Of a DNA stretch of 64,000 bases, positions 62,936-64,000 are shown one piece after another. The notes under the pieces were generated by a model, which was given only the letters and a program-made list of their open reading frames with translations, made no database searches and had not been told where the DNA came from. A program made the position numbers and the translations under genes. Numbering within the stretch: position 1 is the first letter of the stretch; each line of letters starts with the position of its first letter. Origin of the DNA: Gemmatimonadales bacterium (GTDB lineage: Bacteria > Gemmatimonadota > Gemmatimonadetes > Gemmatimonadales > GWC2-71-9); assembly GCA_050733215.1 (NCBI GenBank), contig JBOHSN010000002.1, forward strand, positions 3,933 to 67,932. Direction: 5' to 3'.

Positions 62936-64000
62936 CAGAATGTCGCGCTCGGCACCTGCTCACCCTGGCGGGGCCGGAGCGGGACAGCGGGCGCAGCGGG
63001 CGCGAGCCCCCGAAGAAAGACGCGGTACTCAGGCCGGTTGCCCCGCGCAGTCACATAGATCACCCGCTCACCGTCACGGGAGGAGGAGAGGGCTACGAGC
63101 GGGTGCTCGGTATCGAAGAGCGGAGTGGGCGGGCCGGCGGCGGCGGCAGCACGCACCACACGCCACTCGCGCGAGTTCCGCGACCGCTCGATGCCGTAGA
63201 GCAGCTGGCCGCTCGGCAGGAACGTGGGCGCGCCCTCCTTGAGCGCACCGGTGCCGACCCGCGCCTCGCCGGTGCCGTCGATACCCATGCGGTAGACCCG
63301 GGGTCCGCCCTCCCGAAGCGACACGAACGCCACCGTGCGACCGTCGGCGGAGACCGCGGGCGACTGGTTGCCGCCGGGCGAGGAGGTGAGGGCGCGCGCG
63401 CCGCCGGTGTCGGCGGAGACGATGTAGAGCTGCGGCGCGCCGACCCGCGCCGAGGTGAACACGAGGCTCGTGCCGTCCGGCGTCCAGGCGGGCTCGCCAT
63501 CCGCACCGGCTTCCGTGGTGAGGCGGCGGATTCCGCTGCCATCGGCGTCCATCACGTACAGATCGAAGTTGCCGCCGCGTTCCCCGCGGTTGGAGCTGAA
63601 CGCGATGCGGGTGCGGTCGGGGGAGAGCGCGGGCTGGGTATTGGACACGCTGTCGATCAGGATTGGCATCAACGTGTCGGGGGCGGCGAGCCGGGCCTGC
63701 CAGATGCCCAACGCGCCGCCCCGGTTGGACGCGAGCACGAGGTCGCCGGTGACGAACACGTCGAGCTTCGCGGATGCGCCCCACGGGGTGGCGGCCGTGA
63801 TCACGGCGCGGCCGATCCGCCCGCCGGTGATCGTGCCCGTCGGGTCCACCGCCGCGACTTCCGGCCGGTCGCTCGTCCATGCGAGCTCAGCCGCCGGACC
63901 GACGACCCGGTCGTCATCGTCCAGGAGCGACGCCGCGACCAACGCGCGGCCGCCGGGGGTGAGGCCGATGCGCGCGCGGTCCAGCCGCAGCCGGTTCGGC
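62935..64000 (-). CDS. TolB-like beta-propeller protein with Big_2 domain; 5' end beyond the right edge
   Basis: Repeated WD40-like TolB units (PALSPDRTRIAFSSNR.., EPAWTPDGTSLVFTS.., SPAVSADGRTVAFVS..). The N-terminal part LAWTSDRPEVAAVDPTGTITGGRIGRAVITA is Big_2-like. The frame stays open upstream to position 64000. Confidence 0.85.
   Translation of the reverse strand, partial: PNRLRLDRARIGLTPGGRALVAASLLDDDDRVVGPAAELAWTSDRPEVAAVDPTGTITGGRIGRAVITAATPWGASAKLDVFVTGDLVLASNRGGALGIWQARLAAPDTLMPILIDSVSNTQPALSPDRTRIAFSSNRGERGGNFDLYVMDADGSGIRRLTTEAGADGEPAWTPDGTSLVFTSARVGAPQLYIVSADTGGARALTSSPGGNQSPAVSADGRTVAFVSLREGGPRVYRMGIDGTGEARVGTGALKEGAPTFLPSGQLLYGIERSRNSREWRVVRAAAAAGPPTPLFDTEHPLVALSSSRDGERVIYVTARGNRPEYRVFLRGLAPAAPAVPLRPRQGEQVPSATF

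Overview
High-GC (roughly 70% by eye), gene-dense bacterial chromosomal segment. I support about 60 CDS. There is no rRNA, no intact tRNA and no CRISPR array. The protein repertoire suggests a Gemmatimonadota/Acidobacteriota-like genome, but this is inference only and was not searched. It includes an M6 metalloprotease, an ECF-sigma/HEAT-repeat cluster, a CBM9-DUF5916 barrel, a TolB-like Big_2 protein and many REC/GGDEF/HD-GYP/STK modules.

Gene content from left to right:
- A partial tyrosine integrase running off the left edge, next to gene remnants and half of a tRNA-Cys.
- A minus-strand block: lipoprotein, M6 protease, TonB, arginase, Omp85-family protein, HAD-IIA hydrolase.
- glnA, then an MqnA/MqnD-like gene fused start-to-stop with an HD-GYP response regulator.
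- An AraC(REC)-REC-MerR-like chain followed by LemA and an M48 peptidase.
- An orphan GspH-like pseudopilin, then ogt and cspA.
- A binding-protein gene overlapping a chemoreceptor gene, and a hybrid histidine kinase.
- lepB, bcp and an RND efflux trio.
- A HisKA_3/NarL pair, hemH and hemA (convergent), and hsp20.
- gyrA followed by a GGDEF regulator and a Ser/Thr kinase.
- An ECF sigma/anti-sigma/HEAT/HEAT/CBM9-DUF5916 cluster, tandem paralogous lipoproteins, and a TolB-like gene running off the right edge.

Most of the window is ordinary core genome. The structures that the gene calls do not explain are:
1. A promoter-to-terminator unit of about 450 nt (about 20260-20710, minus strand) with no credible ORF.
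2. A recurring architecture of paired, inverted arrays of 7-9 nt tandem repeats around a GC-rich core. It sits at gene ends (11985-12073, 30790-30885, 61092-61182). It is also embedded in-frame in coding linkers of a TolC-like gene (33216-33343) and an anti-sigma gene (53343-53418).
3. The decayed integrase/tRNA-half junction at the left edge.

I found no recognisable defence, CRISPR, retron or biosynthetic system. All function calls rest on motifs I recognised by eye in the translations; no database was searched.
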